Assembly (NCBI GenBank): GCA_023137195.1
Contig: JAGLPV010000012.1
Span: forward strand, 1 to 58,917
Length of the DNA: 58,917 nt
Reading direction: 5' to 3'
Source of the DNA: Candidatus Aenigmatarchaeota archaeon
Lineage (GTDB): Archaea; EX4484-52
Positions 1-11,800 of the stretch are shown piece after piece (within the stretch, counting starts at the first letter, position 1; each line of letters opens with the position of its first letter). Under the pieces are notes generated by a model. The model made no database searches, was not told the DNA's origin, and worked only from the letters and a program-made list of their open reading frames with translations. The position numbers and the translations under genes were made by a program.

Positions 1-162
1 CAGCTTGCTGCGGGGTTGTTCATTGTCGTAAATTTTGTAATATTCTTTAATCTGTATGACCACAAAACTATTTAAATATTAAAAAATTGCATTATTTTGT
101 GGTCATACGATTGTTTTTATTTGTTGTATTCTTAGATATAAAGTTGTAGAATGTGTATAAAC

Positions 163-228
163 CCTACTATTACTGAACATGAGTTTAACTTTAGTCCTAC
201 TATTATTAAACTCAAGTTTAATTTTAGT
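163..228. repeat. Two tandem 33-bp imperfect direct repeats with an internal dyad (TAAACT-CA-AGTTTA)
   Basis: 163-195 cctactattactgaacatgagtttaactttagt vs 196-228 cctactattattaaactcaagtttaattttagt (27/33 identical); non-coding. Confidence 0.8.
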
Positions 229-394
229 AAGCTATTGTCCGCGTAGAAAGTTAAATCCGCAGAACTCACGGATGCGAGAAAATTTCTATGATTTTCCGCA
301 TATTCAATTTCATTGAATACCCTACAGGAAATTTTTTTATGTTCCTTTCCTATGCATTCTTGCGAATTTGTTTAGGTCTGCGGCTATGCTTTGG

Positions 395-597
395 TTATAC
401 TTCTATTTCTGTTTTAGACTTTTCAATCAAATTCTCGTATTTTTTTAGAATTGGGTTGATTTTTTTTGTAGGAAATATTCTGTTTGGGTCTCTGCCATCC
501 CGCTGAATTTTCCTGGGTTCTTTAGGACGGAGTCTGCGTCTTTTTGTGTGAAAGGGATTTTCTACACATTTGATTTTATTGAATGAAGCCATAAAGG
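395..597 (-). pseudogene. Degenerate duplicate of the purB 3' end
   Basis: 395-561 is a near-identical direct repeat of 1333-1500 with a 1-nt deletion in a poly-T run (frameshift). 562-597 encodes FMA...KCVE, matching purB PFMAIEEILMKCVE after an internal deletion. Confidence 0.85.
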
Positions 598-654
598 AAA
601 GGAATAGTTCTATTGATTATTGTGTCTTCCGGTGGATTAGCTCACAGAGGATAA

Positions 655-664
655 TTATATAAAT
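655..664 (+). promoter_or_regulatory. Archaeal TATA box of the toxin-antitoxin operon (leaderless)
   Basis: TTATATAAAT about 20 nt upstream of ATG 685. Confidence 0.55.
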
Positions 665-684
665 ATCTCTTTCTTGTTTAATAT

Positions 685-957
685 ATGGAAAGAAGACAGA
701 TGCAAAAAATGGAAAATGAGATTGTCGATAGAATTACTCCCATAATAGAAAAAAGAATTGAGGCAAGAATAAAGCACCGGATTGTCCAAAGCATTGTAGA
801 TACTCTTGACGAGAATTTTTATCCTCCTGAAGAGATGATTAAAGAGGAATATGTTAAGCAAATCGAGGAAGCTGAAAAAAGAGTCAAGCGAGGAGAAGGT
901 AAATCTTTTAAGGACAAGGATGAACTCTTAAATTATTTGGAGTCTTTGAAAGAATGA
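685..957 (+). CDS. Putative antitoxin (90 aa)
   Basis: Small helical protein with C-terminal GEGKSFKDKDELLNYL, typical of RelB-like partners; lies 7 bp upstream of a RelE-like toxin. Confidence 0.65.
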   Translation: MERRQMQKMENEIVDRITPIIEKRIEARIKHRIVQSIVDTLDENFYPPEEMIKEEYVKQIEEAEKRVKRGEGKSFKDKDELLNYLESLKE

Positions 958-964
958 TTTCATT

Positions 965-1225
965 ATGTTTGCTTACGATTTAGATGATAAACTAATTTTT
1001 AAATTCAAAAAAATTGCGAAAAAAAATCATTTGTTGTATGATATGATTTTTAAGAAGATTAAGCAGATAACAAAAAATCCACAGCTCTGTAAACCATTGA
1101 AAAATAGGTTAAAAAACAAAAGACGGGCACATATTGGACATTTTGTGCTGGTGTACGAAATTGACGAAGAAATCAGCAGAATTGTATTTTTAGATTTTGA
1201 CCATCATGACAATATTTATGATTAA
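965..1225 (+). CDS. RelE/ParE-superfamily (RelE/YafQ-like) toxin
   Basis: 86 aa, basic; KPLKNRLKNKRRAHIGHFVLVYEID...FLDFDHHDNIY pattern of archaeal RelE-family toxins. Confidence 0.85.
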   Translation: MFAYDLDDKLIFKFKKIAKKNHLLYDMIFKKIKQITKNPQLCKPLKNRLKNKRRAHIGHFVLVYEIDEEISRIVFLDFDHHDNIYD

Positions 1226-1332
1226 ACAAACAATAATTAAACTTCGTAACAATTGATTTGATTAATGCACGGATGTGAGAACAGAAGATGCAAGTGTAAG
1301 GATAGAAGAAAAGTTCTCCTTTCTCCCGTAGA

Positions 1333-2778
1333 TTATACTTCTATCTCGGTTTTAGACTTTTCAATTAAATTTTCGTGTTTTTTTAGAATTGGGTTGATTT
1401 TTTTTTGCAGGAAATATTCTGTTTGGGTCTCTGCCATCCCGCTGAATTTTCCAGGGTTCTTTAGGATGGAGTCTGCGTCTTTTTGTGTGAAAGGGATTTT
1501 GTCGTCTTCTGCGATTCTTTTGAAAAAATCGTTTTGTGCTCCATCACTCTTTATTTTGTTTCCTGCATCAAGAGCGTGTTTTTTTAGGAGTTCGTGCATT
1601 TCCTGCCTGCTTTTTCCTTTTTCAACGCATTTCATTAGGATTTCTTCTATTGCCATGAAGGGCAGTTCTGCGTTTAGGTGGGATTTTACCTGTGCAGGGT
1701 AGACAATTATTCCTGAGGCGATATTTTCGTATAATAGTAAAATGGAATCTGTTAGCATAAAGCTTCTCGGGATTTCAATTCTTCTTAGGGCGGAGTCGTC
1801 TAAGGTTCTTTCGAACCACTGGTTTGAATGCATTGAGTGGAATTCTGTCGGTATGTTCATTAGAGTTCTACTTAAGGCACAGATTCTTTCCGAGTGCATT
1901 GGGTTTCTTTTGTATGGCATGGCTGAACTGCCTGTCTGGTTTTTTCCATATGGTTCTTCCATGATTTTTAAGTGGGCTGCGATTCTTAAGTCTGATGCAA
2001 ATTTACAGGCAGAGCTTCCGATTCCTGCTAATGCTTCTGCTATTTTTGCGTCTATTTTTCTTGAATAGGTCTGGGTTGTTACTGCGTATGCATCGTTGAA
2101 TCCCAGTTTTTTTGCGATTAGTAAATCGAGTTGTTTTACTTTGCTTTTGTTTCCTTTGAATAATTCTAAGAAGGATGCCTGCGTTCCGACTGTTCCTTTT
2201 GCGCCTCTTGCTTTCAGGAGGGATTCTGTGAATTCTAAGGATTCCAGGTCTGTTAGTAAATCTGCTAAATATATTGTTGCGCGCTTGCCGATGGTTGTTG
2301 GTTGTGCGGGTTGCATGTGGGTGTAGCCCAGGGTTACTAAAGACTTGTGTTTTTGGGCAAATTTGGATAGATGGAAAATTACATTGATTAATCTTTTTTT
2401 GATGATTTGTATTGCTTTTTTTTGTAGGATTAGGTCTGTGTTGCATCCTACGAACTGGGATGTTGCGCCGAGATGGATTATTTTGGCGGCTTTTGGGCAC
2501 TGCTTTGAATATGCCCAGACATGAGCCATTACATCGTGCTTTATTTCTTTTTCTTTTTTGTTGGCATCTTTGAAATTTATGTTGTCTTTGTTTTTCTTCA
2601 TTTCATCTATTGCTTCTTTGCTGATTAGGTTGTCTAATCCTAATTCTCGTTGGGCTTCTGCTAAGGCAATCCAGCATTTTCTCCAGGTTTGGAATTTGAT
2701 TTGGTCGGAGAAGAGATTTTTCATTTCGTCACTGCAATATCTTGAACCTAAAGGGTCTTTATAGGTGGAGTAATCCAT
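1333..2778 (-). CDS. purB: Adenylosuccinate lyase (481 aa; start re-placed at ATG 2778)
   Basis: YKDPLGSRY N-terminus, KHDVMAHV, IHLGATS, GYTHMQPAQPTT, fumarase/ASL signature GSSAMPYKRNP, QWFERTLDDSA. Confidence 0.95.
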   Translation of the reverse strand: MDYSTYKDPLGSRYCSDEMKNLFSDQIKFQTWRKCWIALAEAQRELGLDNLISKEAIDEMKKNKDNINFKDANKKEKEIKHDVMAHVWAYSKQCPKAAKIIHLGATSQFVGCNTDLILQKKAIQIIKKRLINVIFHLSKFAQKHKSLVTLGYTHMQPAQPTTIGKRATIYLADLLTDLESLEFTESLLKARGAKGTVGTQASFLELFKGNKSKVKQLDLLIAKKLGFNDAYAVTTQTYSRKIDAKIAEALAGIGSSACKFASDLRIAAHLKIMEEPYGKNQTGSSAMPYKRNPMHSERICALSRTLMNIPTEFHSMHSNQWFERTLDDSALRRIEIPRSFMLTDSILLLYENIASGIIVYPAQVKSHLNAELPFMAIEEILMKCVEKGKSRQEMHELLKKHALDAGNKIKSDGAQNDFFKRIAEDDKIPFTQKDADSILKNPGKFSGMAETQTEYFLQKKINPILKKHENLIEKSKTEIEV

Positions 2779-2800
2779 GTTAATATTATGAGTGAGTAAA

Positions 2801-2808
2801 TTATATAA
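2801..2808. promoter_or_regulatory. Palindromic TATA box shared by divergent purB and giant gene 1
   Basis: TTATATAA lies exactly 22 nt from purB ATG (2778, minus) and 22 nt from ATG 2831 (plus). Confidence 0.7.
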
Positions 2809-2830
2809 ATTAATTAGTGTATTATATTGT

Positions 2831-5800
2831 ATGGTCAAATTCTCTGTTAAAGAGTTGTTGGAAGAACTCCGAAAAGCGGGCGATGTTCTGGACAATATTG
2901 AGAAAGGAGATTTGACTGATGAACAGAAGGGGAAATTGCAAAATATATACGGGGAACTTGCCTCTGTTGAAAATTCTGTGAAAAAGGATGGTGGAGAAAT
3001 TGACATAGGGACTATCCAAGAGGTTTGTGATGAGATAAAGATTGTTGATGATTCAAACTATCGGCATAAAAAATACCTGTTGGAAGGGATTCCTGTGAAT
3101 ACTGCTAAGGAACATGAAATAATGAATGGTTATTTTAGGTACTTGAAAGAAGGGAGTAAAATACCCGAGGGAAAAAAAATATTTGATTTGATAGAAAAAT
3201 ATAGGCTTATGTCAACATTTCCTTCTTTTGATGAGAGAGAGGAAGATGCCAGAAGGGATTACATTGAGAAATTACGAGGTTATGTTTTTAGTCCGGGGAA
3301 ATATAGAGATGCGCAGAAAGAAAAAGGGATATTTGCTCTTGTTGGAAAGTATGGTAAGTTGAGAAATGAGTCAACGCACGATGAGATAGGAGAGAGAAAG
3401 AGGCGCAAGTCTCTTGGAGATACGGTAGAAAAAGTACATAAGTTGTTGGGGGGTTCTCGTTCTTCTGAAAAGGTTGTTGATGATTCCCGGATGTGGTATG
3501 AGAATCCCGGGGGTGAAGTAACTTCTGTAAGGAAGAATGGTTTTTTAGGTGGTGTGGCGAAAAAAGTCGGTGCGATAGGGGGATTGTTAACTACAAGGAC
3601 AGGTGGTGCATTCCCGAACTTTGGAAGAAAGAAGAAGAATACAGAATATGAAGAGGCAGTAACTCAATCGGGCAGAACGGAACCTGATGAAAGTAAAAGT
3701 CTGCAAGAGGAAACTCTAAAAAGAGGCAACAAAAAAGCTTTTTCTGGATTGGGACTTGGTTTGTTTGGAGGAAAATCAGACCCATGCTATGAAATCATAA
3801 AACGATTAAAAAACAGAGAACTAGAATGGCTGGGAGAAAAGGACATTCCTTGCCTGATTAAGGCATTGGACTATGAAAAAGAAGGCATATCTAAAGTCGC
3901 CATTTCAACACTCGCAGATATTGGAGAACCAGCAATAGATCCTTTGATTAAGGCACTGGGAGATAAAAAAATAATATTATGTAAGAATGCTACTCTAACA
4001 CTAATTAATATAGAATCATACCTTCCAAAAAATAAAAAAACCAGATTATTTCCTGCGATTAATCCTTTAATCGGGATACTTGAATATGGATATCGAAAGG
4101 CAGTTCCTAACACCAGGAATCTGCTTTGGAAATGTGTGTATTCTCCCTCTGTTTATCGGCTTAGTAAAATATCCGAATATAAAAGTGTATGTTCTCCTGC
4201 TGTTAATCTGCTTTGTAAAATAGCCGAATGTCTTCCGAAAAATAAAAAAGACAGATTGATTCCTGTGATTCATCCTTTAATGAAATGTTTTGAAGCGGAG
4301 GTGTTACATCTGGATGACACGTGTTTAAAGATGCTCGAATTGGTGGGTGAACCGGCGATTGAAATTTATATCAAAACTACATTTAGACACTGGGACTTAC
4401 AGGAGGACACTTTACAGTCAATTGAACGATTTGAAAAAAGAGGCATACCAGTAAGTAAACTTTTAATCAATGCACTTGAGGATGAAAATGAACAGGTGCG
4501 TGAAAGAGTTGTTTTGTTGCTTAAGAATAATGAATTGAAAACATTTGTAAAAGAAGCATACTCGTATTTTAAAAATAACATAAAATCAACAGAGCGTCAA
4601 ATTAAAGAATGGGCAGGGGAGAAGAAGGATAAACTGATAACTATTTTAAGAATAACACAATCTCTGAAAAGATTAAATATAGAAAATTCTGAAGAGATTA
4701 TATCTTACTTATTGAAAACAAAAAACAAAACTCTAATTGAATCTATATGTAAGAATACTGATCAAATATTGTCTGGTGCAGTAATAAACCGCATAAATAC
4801 TCTTTCTTCTCCAAAAGACAAAGTTAATGCATTAAGTTTGTTGAACAAAAGTATTTTACAAGTAGATGCAATAAAAAAAGTGACTGAAAAAAGAGCATCC
4901 GAATATTTTAACGAACTGGGAGAAATGCCGGACAAGGATTCTTTTGTTGCACTCAAAGGAATGAATCCCCCAGATGAAAATATTTCTTTTGGTGTTGAAA
5001 ACTGGTTGAATAATAAAAGAAAGGCATCAGACATTAGTGAAGAGAGCAGAAAAAAAGCTTCTTTATTTTTCAGGAAACATAAGGATATGCCCGATGGAGT
5101 ATTGCCACAGGTGTTGGATCTTGTTGGGAGAGGCGTTCCTGAAGAACAAATACCTGCTCGGTTGAGGTATGTAGAAGAAATTAAATTTCTGGAAAAGCAT
5201 AATTTCACTGCTTCGAAAAAGAATATCTCTTTTCTGTTTAAGAATAAAAAGAAGTTTAGCCGATTAAATGAAGAGAAAATAGTAAGTAAGTTAGAGGAAA
5301 AACAAGAAAGACACAAGAAGGGTATAGAAGAGAATCTTCAATATCTCAAGAAGCAAAATGTTTTTAATGAGCTCAATACAGTGAAAAAGGCATTTTCAGA
5401 AATCTTTAAAGACGAGAAAAAGTATAAATTAGCAAACAATAAATTTGATGATCCGGATGTAGTAAAAGTAGCTGGTTTTTATTTTTCAGGTAAATTAACC
5501 AAGTTACATAGAAAACATCTGAAAAATGTTTTATCTGAATACAACGAAGGTCTGAAAACGAATGAGAAAAAAGCAAAGAGTAGAGTCAATAAATACATTT
5601 TGTCACTTAAAGAAAATGTTAGGGAATCCCGAAAATTGCGTTCTTATGGTTATGATTTAGACGCACTAAAAAAAACAGAATTAACTACAAGTGCATCTGA
5701 TATTTTTCAGAAGAGTATAAAACAGGAGGAAATAAATAAACGAATCAATGAAATAAAAGGGATTCTCCAAAATAAAAATATTGATTTAGTGGTTGGTAAA

Positions 5801-8800
5801 GGAGATTGCATTTCAAACCAAAATAAAATAATTGATGAACTCAAAGAGAAAACAAAAGATGCCGGATTGATAGAACATATCAGGGAAATTTTAAAGCAAA
5901 TAAGGGACATCAATGAAAAGGAAATAAAGCCACATAAAAATAAAAAATCAGGAGATATTCGTGTTTTTGTAAGCGATGATTTTTTCAGGTCAATAAATTT
6001 TGGAACATATTTTAATGTATGCACTTCTCTTGATGATGGAGAGAGTAGAGATACTGCTTTGGTATATGCCATGGAGGAAAACAAGCAGGTACTCTACTTA
6101 ACATATAATAAGACTATTGTTTCAGCAAGGAATTTACTTTTGACAAGAGGATGTATCTTAAGTACAGTTTCTTATAATAGAGGAATGAATTATAATTTTG
6201 AAAATATCTGGGCGGACTTTTTTTTGAAACTATCTAAAAACAGCAGAAAACCGATTTGTTTTAGTTCAAGAGAAGGAGATTCTTTTAAACGTGCTTTAGA
6301 GAACAAAAGTGAAAATATTATTAAATCAGAGAGCACTACGAATATTATTGACAAAGTGATATTTGATGAATTTTATGATGATCACGAGGAAATAAATTTT
6401 AATGGTCATTCCTCACATAAAATAGAAACAGACAAGGATTTTATTCTGAGAGATGGAACTCCTAAAAAACAAAAAAAGCCGTCATTAATTAAAAAATTAT
6501 TTGAAAAAAAATCAGGTACTTTGGTTGGTGGCACGAGTCATAAGTTGGGTAAAGAGGATTATGATAAATACGAGGATTCTGTTGTTAAAACTGATGAAAA
6601 AGATGCTCTTTTAGATGGAGAATTTAAGGATATAAAAGATGTAGTGGATTCAAATCCAGGTGAGAGTAAGAAGATACAGGGAGAAACTACTGGGAAGAAG
6701 AGTTTTATTCCTGATGTATTAAAGAAATTAACAAAATCTAAAAGTGCACTCCCTAGCTTGGGAAGAGAGAAAAAGAATGCAGAACCTGAATGTGTTCCAA
6801 AAGAAAAAAAACAATCCAATCCTCTTTTGAATTTTAGAAAAAAGAGAATACCCCAAGAAGATGAAATTCTTCATTTAATTGAATCAATGGATACCGCGGA
6901 TGTCGGGAGCAGATTTCATGACCCATCAGACAAACTTTTTCATATTGGCAAACCTGCAATTCCTTATTTGATTGAGGCACTCAAGGATAAGAGAGTAATT
7001 GTTGCTAAGCTGTCTGCTAAACTTCTTGTAAAAATGGGAAAACCAGCAATCGCAAAAATAGAAGAATTTCTGGAAGAAGGAAAAATAACAATGGATTTTG
7101 TACTTCCAGTATATGTGAAGTCAGGATATGTTCTTGGGGATATGAGAAAATTATATGAAAAATTTTGTCATGAAAAATCGCAAAAACCTATAAATTTAAA
7201 TTTAAACTATGAATCAAACAAAGAGCAGTTGAACAAAAATATACCTGAACCCAAATATGGAGGACTACTCTACAAACATTCTTTAGAAAAATATCCGGTA
7301 ATGGTGGATTTATTCAGTCATGTAATGATAAAAGACGTAAAAACGATTTTTCTGTATAAAACGTATTTGGATATTAATAAACCAAATAAAAGGGATACAA
7401 CTTCATTCCAATCAGCACTATATTTGCTCTGTATTTTATGCGACAAGAACGTAATTTCTCCAGATAAAACAGATGAATTATTGCAGACATTATTTTGTAA
7501 TAACAAACCGGAAAATTGGATGGAAAATAATGTTCTTCCTGTTGTAGAACAGTCTCTAAAAGACAAAAATATTAATATTAGTAAATTAAAATGGAAAGAC
7601 AAATTGATAGAGTGTATTGTTCTGGAAGGAGGATCACGACATTCTTTGAAAGAGAATCCTAAAATAATTAAGAAAAATATCAATTATATTTTAGATAAAA
7701 TAGAAAAATGCAATAAAGGTAATTTTCTTCTCAACTTGTGTTTTGCTTCAATACTAGGTTATTATGAAAGAGACCTCATCCATAAGACTATTAATTATAT
7801 TCTGAGTAAAATGACTTTATGGAACAAGTCATTTATTATTATTGATTCATATGATCCAGAACCAATGAATGGAGTTAAAATGCATGGATCTATTTTTTCC
7901 ATGCCTTCAGAAATCGGTCATATGGTACATCTTGCTGTAGACCACCCAGTTACATTATTACATAAATTACAAGAGAGTGAAATAGCAGACAGGATTATTT
8001 CTTCGATAAACACAAACGGAAAAATAATCTTAAAAACAGATTTGGCTCTGGAATACATACATGCTATTTATGAGTACGGTCAGATATTAGATAAGAGATT
8101 AGACAATGATAAGTTAAACAAAATTTTAAGAGAATTCGATGGAAATATACATACTCTTTCAAAAGCAAACATATTCTACATCGGATTAATCAGGAAACAG
8201 AAAACAAGACATGAAACAGAATCTTATGCTCTTTCTACAAGAGCTAAAATTGATATGATAGAAAAATACATGTCGAAAAAAGAACCAGATGCCATAGCAG
8301 GAATATTATCTATCGTATCCAATCTTAAAACTTTTAATAATATTGCACCTCTTTCAGAAAAACAACTAAGAAGTAATTCTCAAGCTCATTTGTTTGCAGA
8401 ACGCGTTGCAGTAGAATTTACAATAAACATTGCATTGGCTTTTTATGATAATGGATACAGTGTTGGAGTCTTGTCTTATGTTCAGCACAGGAGTGTTGAA
8501 TATATACTTGAAAATACAAATATGGATGGTTCCCGGGATTGGGAAAGTGTATTTGAAACGATTTATGAAATTAATCCTGCACAAATCAAAAGATGGGTAA
8601 ATGAAGGAATCAAAAAAAGAGAAATTACAAAGGGCAATATTTACATGGAAAAAACGCCGTTAGAAGATATTGAGAAAATGCTTGAGAATAGTGTCGAAAG
8701 ACCAAAGGACATTGTGGAGAACTACAAAAGGTCAAGGCAGTTTGAGGGTGGATTTGAAACTGTAAAAGATGTTCGTGATGCGGATTTAGGAGATCCAATG

Positions 8801-11800
8801 GATGTCAGGCAGTTGATGAAGACGTCTGTTGTTCCTCCGCTTGAAAAACCAGGTAAGGAAAGGTTAATGGCGCAAGAAGAAGCAGTGAAAAAACTGGAAA
8901 AAGTTCGCGAGAAGAATCCAAGAATGTATGGGGATGCTTTTGAGGAGTTGCAGAGGAAGGTGCCGAGATACGAAGGAATGAATGTTGTGGAGGAGGAAGA
9001 GAAAGTAGAGAGCAATGGTTTTTTCAATAGGGCATTTGAGAAATTAAAAAACCCCAAAAGTCTACTCCCTAGCCCGGGAAGGGAAAATCACGAACAAGAA
9101 CCTCCTTCAGATGAAAACTCATTAAAAAAAGAAAAAAGAGTGTTCGAGAAAAGAGAAGTAGAATACGCACCAGAAATAGTTTTGCCAGATAAAGAAGGAA
9201 ATGGTTCAGCATATATGTTTAAATCTCCTGAAATGTTGAATAAATACAATACGGTTCGGAAAGATGTAGAAAAAAAATACGAAGAATTGCTGAAAATAGT
9301 AAAAAATATTAGAACTGACAAAAATAGCAGGGAAAAATTAGCACAACTATTCAGGGAAAATAAATATAGTACAATATTATCAAATGATTTTAAGGACTGT
9401 TATTATTTATTGGATGGTCGGGCAAATAGAAAATCAAATGCAATAGAAATAGCATTAAAAAAAATAGAAAATAAACGCGCAATCAAACTTATTCCTTGTT
9501 GTGTTGTGGTTCCCTATATGACATGGATTGACCTTTGTCGAAAGTTATATGTGAAGGACAGCGTATATGATACAAATGGCATGTGTTTTTATTTACGGAG
9601 AACTAATACTTCTATCTTATTCCTACGAGAAAGTCTGTTTAATATTCTGCCAATAAATACAAAAACTATTATTCATGAATTAATACACTCGCTATATAAT
9701 ATTGTGAGCCAGACAGAAAATATCGTCAAGAATTCCAATGGACGGGCGCTGATAGACGAAACAATTGCTGGTCGAATTGGAGGGGTGTCATTTAATGACA
9801 TAGAGAAGATATTGGTTAAATATTATATTGATTATTATGAGATAAAAGAAAAGGAGAAATTTGAAAAGCAGATTCATGAGAAGTTAATTCCTGTTGCAAA
9901 ATATCTTGATAAAAATTATCCAAGACAATTCTTTGATGTAATGGCGCGTGCCAGAAGTATTGATGAACTGTGGGATGCATTTAGAGATAAAGTTGGGAAG
10001 AGTTCAGGGTTATTTAGCGGATTGCTTAAACCGTTTTCTAAAAAGGCTTCTGGTAGAATAACAGAGGGCGAAGGGCAGAGGAATGTAAAAGGAGAGGTGA
10101 ATTTTAATGGGGATTTATCGGGAGAAGTAGTTTCTGGAGAAAAGAAAAAGAGTATTCTTAAGAATGTAGCTGAGAAGTTTGGAAAGAAAAAGAAGAATAC
10201 AGAACATGAAGATATAATAAGAGCAGTAACTCAATCGGACAAAACAGAACCTGAGGAAAGTAATAGTAAAAGTTCAACTCCAAATAAAAAAGCTTTTTCC
10301 AGATTGGGACTTGGTTTGTTTGGAGGAAAATCTGAAAAAACAGACCCATGTAATGAAATCATAAAACGATTAAAAAACCGAGAACTAGAAGGACTTGGAG
10401 AAAGGGACATCCCCTACCTGATTAAGGCATTGGACTATGAAAAACAAGGCATATCCAGAGTCGCCGTTTCAATACTCGAAGGTATTGGAGAACCTGCAAT
10501 AGACCTATTAATTATAGCACTGAAAGATAAAAAACCAATCTTGCGTGAGAATGCCACTTGGGCACTTAGGCGCATAGGATCAGACCTTCCGAAAAATAAA
10601 AAAAGCAGATTGATTCCTGTGATTAATCCTTTAATCGGGATACTTAAATATAAATATCATACTGCCTGTTATCACGCTGTTAATCTACTTGGCACAATAT
10701 CAGAATGTCTTCCGAAAAATAAAAAAGACAGATTATTTCCTGCGATTCATCCTTTAATGAACTGTTTTGAAGAGGGAGTGTTGAAGCCGGATGACAGGAG
10801 TTTAAGGATGCTTGAATCAATAGGTGAACCGGCGATTGAAGCTTTAATCAAAACTGTATCGAGGCACAAAGGAGGACTATGGGAAGAACTTTTCGATACA
10901 ATTGAAGAATCTGAAAAAAGAGGCATACCCGTAAGTAAACTATATATTAATGCACTTGGAGATGAAAATGAACAGGCACGTGAAAGAGTTGCCTGGTCGC
11001 TTGAAAGGATAGCAGGAGATGACGACAACAGATTATTTTTAAAAGAAGCATACTCGTATTTTAGAAATAACATAAAATCAGCAGAGCGTCAAGTTAGAGA
11101 GTGGGCAGGAGAAGATAAGGATAAACTGATAACTATTTTAAGAATAACACAGTCTCTGAAAAGATTAGATATAGAAAATCCAAGAGAGATGATATCTTAC
11201 TTGTTAAAAACAGAAAACAGAACTTTAATTGAATCTATATTTAATAATACTAATCAGACACTGCCTGATGGGGTTATAAAGCGCATAAATATGCTTTCTT
11301 CTCCAAAAGATAAAATCAAGGCATTGTGTTTATTGGACAAAAACAATTTACGAAGGGATGCAATAAAAGAAGAGACCGAAGAAAAATCATCCATGTATTT
11401 TGATAAGAAAAAAGGGATTGCCTCCGATGACCCTCGTCTTGCAATTGAAGATGACTTTTTTAATAAACAAAAGATAGCTCTTGCTACTGAAAATTCGCTG
11501 AAAGAAAAAGAGAATATCAGTAAAGAAGATAGGAGAAAAGCTTCTGATTTTTTTGAGAGATATCCAGACATTCCTAACGGGGCATTAAAACAGGTGTTGA
11601 ATTTCATTAGGAAAGGTATTCCTGAAGAAGAAATACCAGATAGATTGACACATGTAGATGAGATTGCTTTTCTGGAAGAGCATAATATTTCTCTTTCAAA
11701 AGAGAACATGTCTTTTCTGTGCAGTAAGAAAGGCAAGTTGAGTGATGAAAAAATAGTAGAAACATTGATGGAAAAACAGGAAAATAGAGAAATAAGCGGG

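Noticed and set aside
1-23. Possible start of a minus-strand gene (MNNPAAS...) running off the window
   Set aside because: Only 7 codons visible; cannot be supported or identified
163-228. Possible CRISPR array
   Set aside because: Only two abutting repeats, no spacers and no cas genes in the window
288-1702. Plus-strand ORFs 288-506 and 1265-1702 that resemble each other
   Set aside because: Antisense shadows of purB and its duplicated 3' end
2779-3006. N-terminal extensions of purB (to 3006) and of giant gene 1 (from 2792)
   Set aside because: They overlap each other and the TATA box; homology and promoter spacing favour ATG 2778 and ATG 2831
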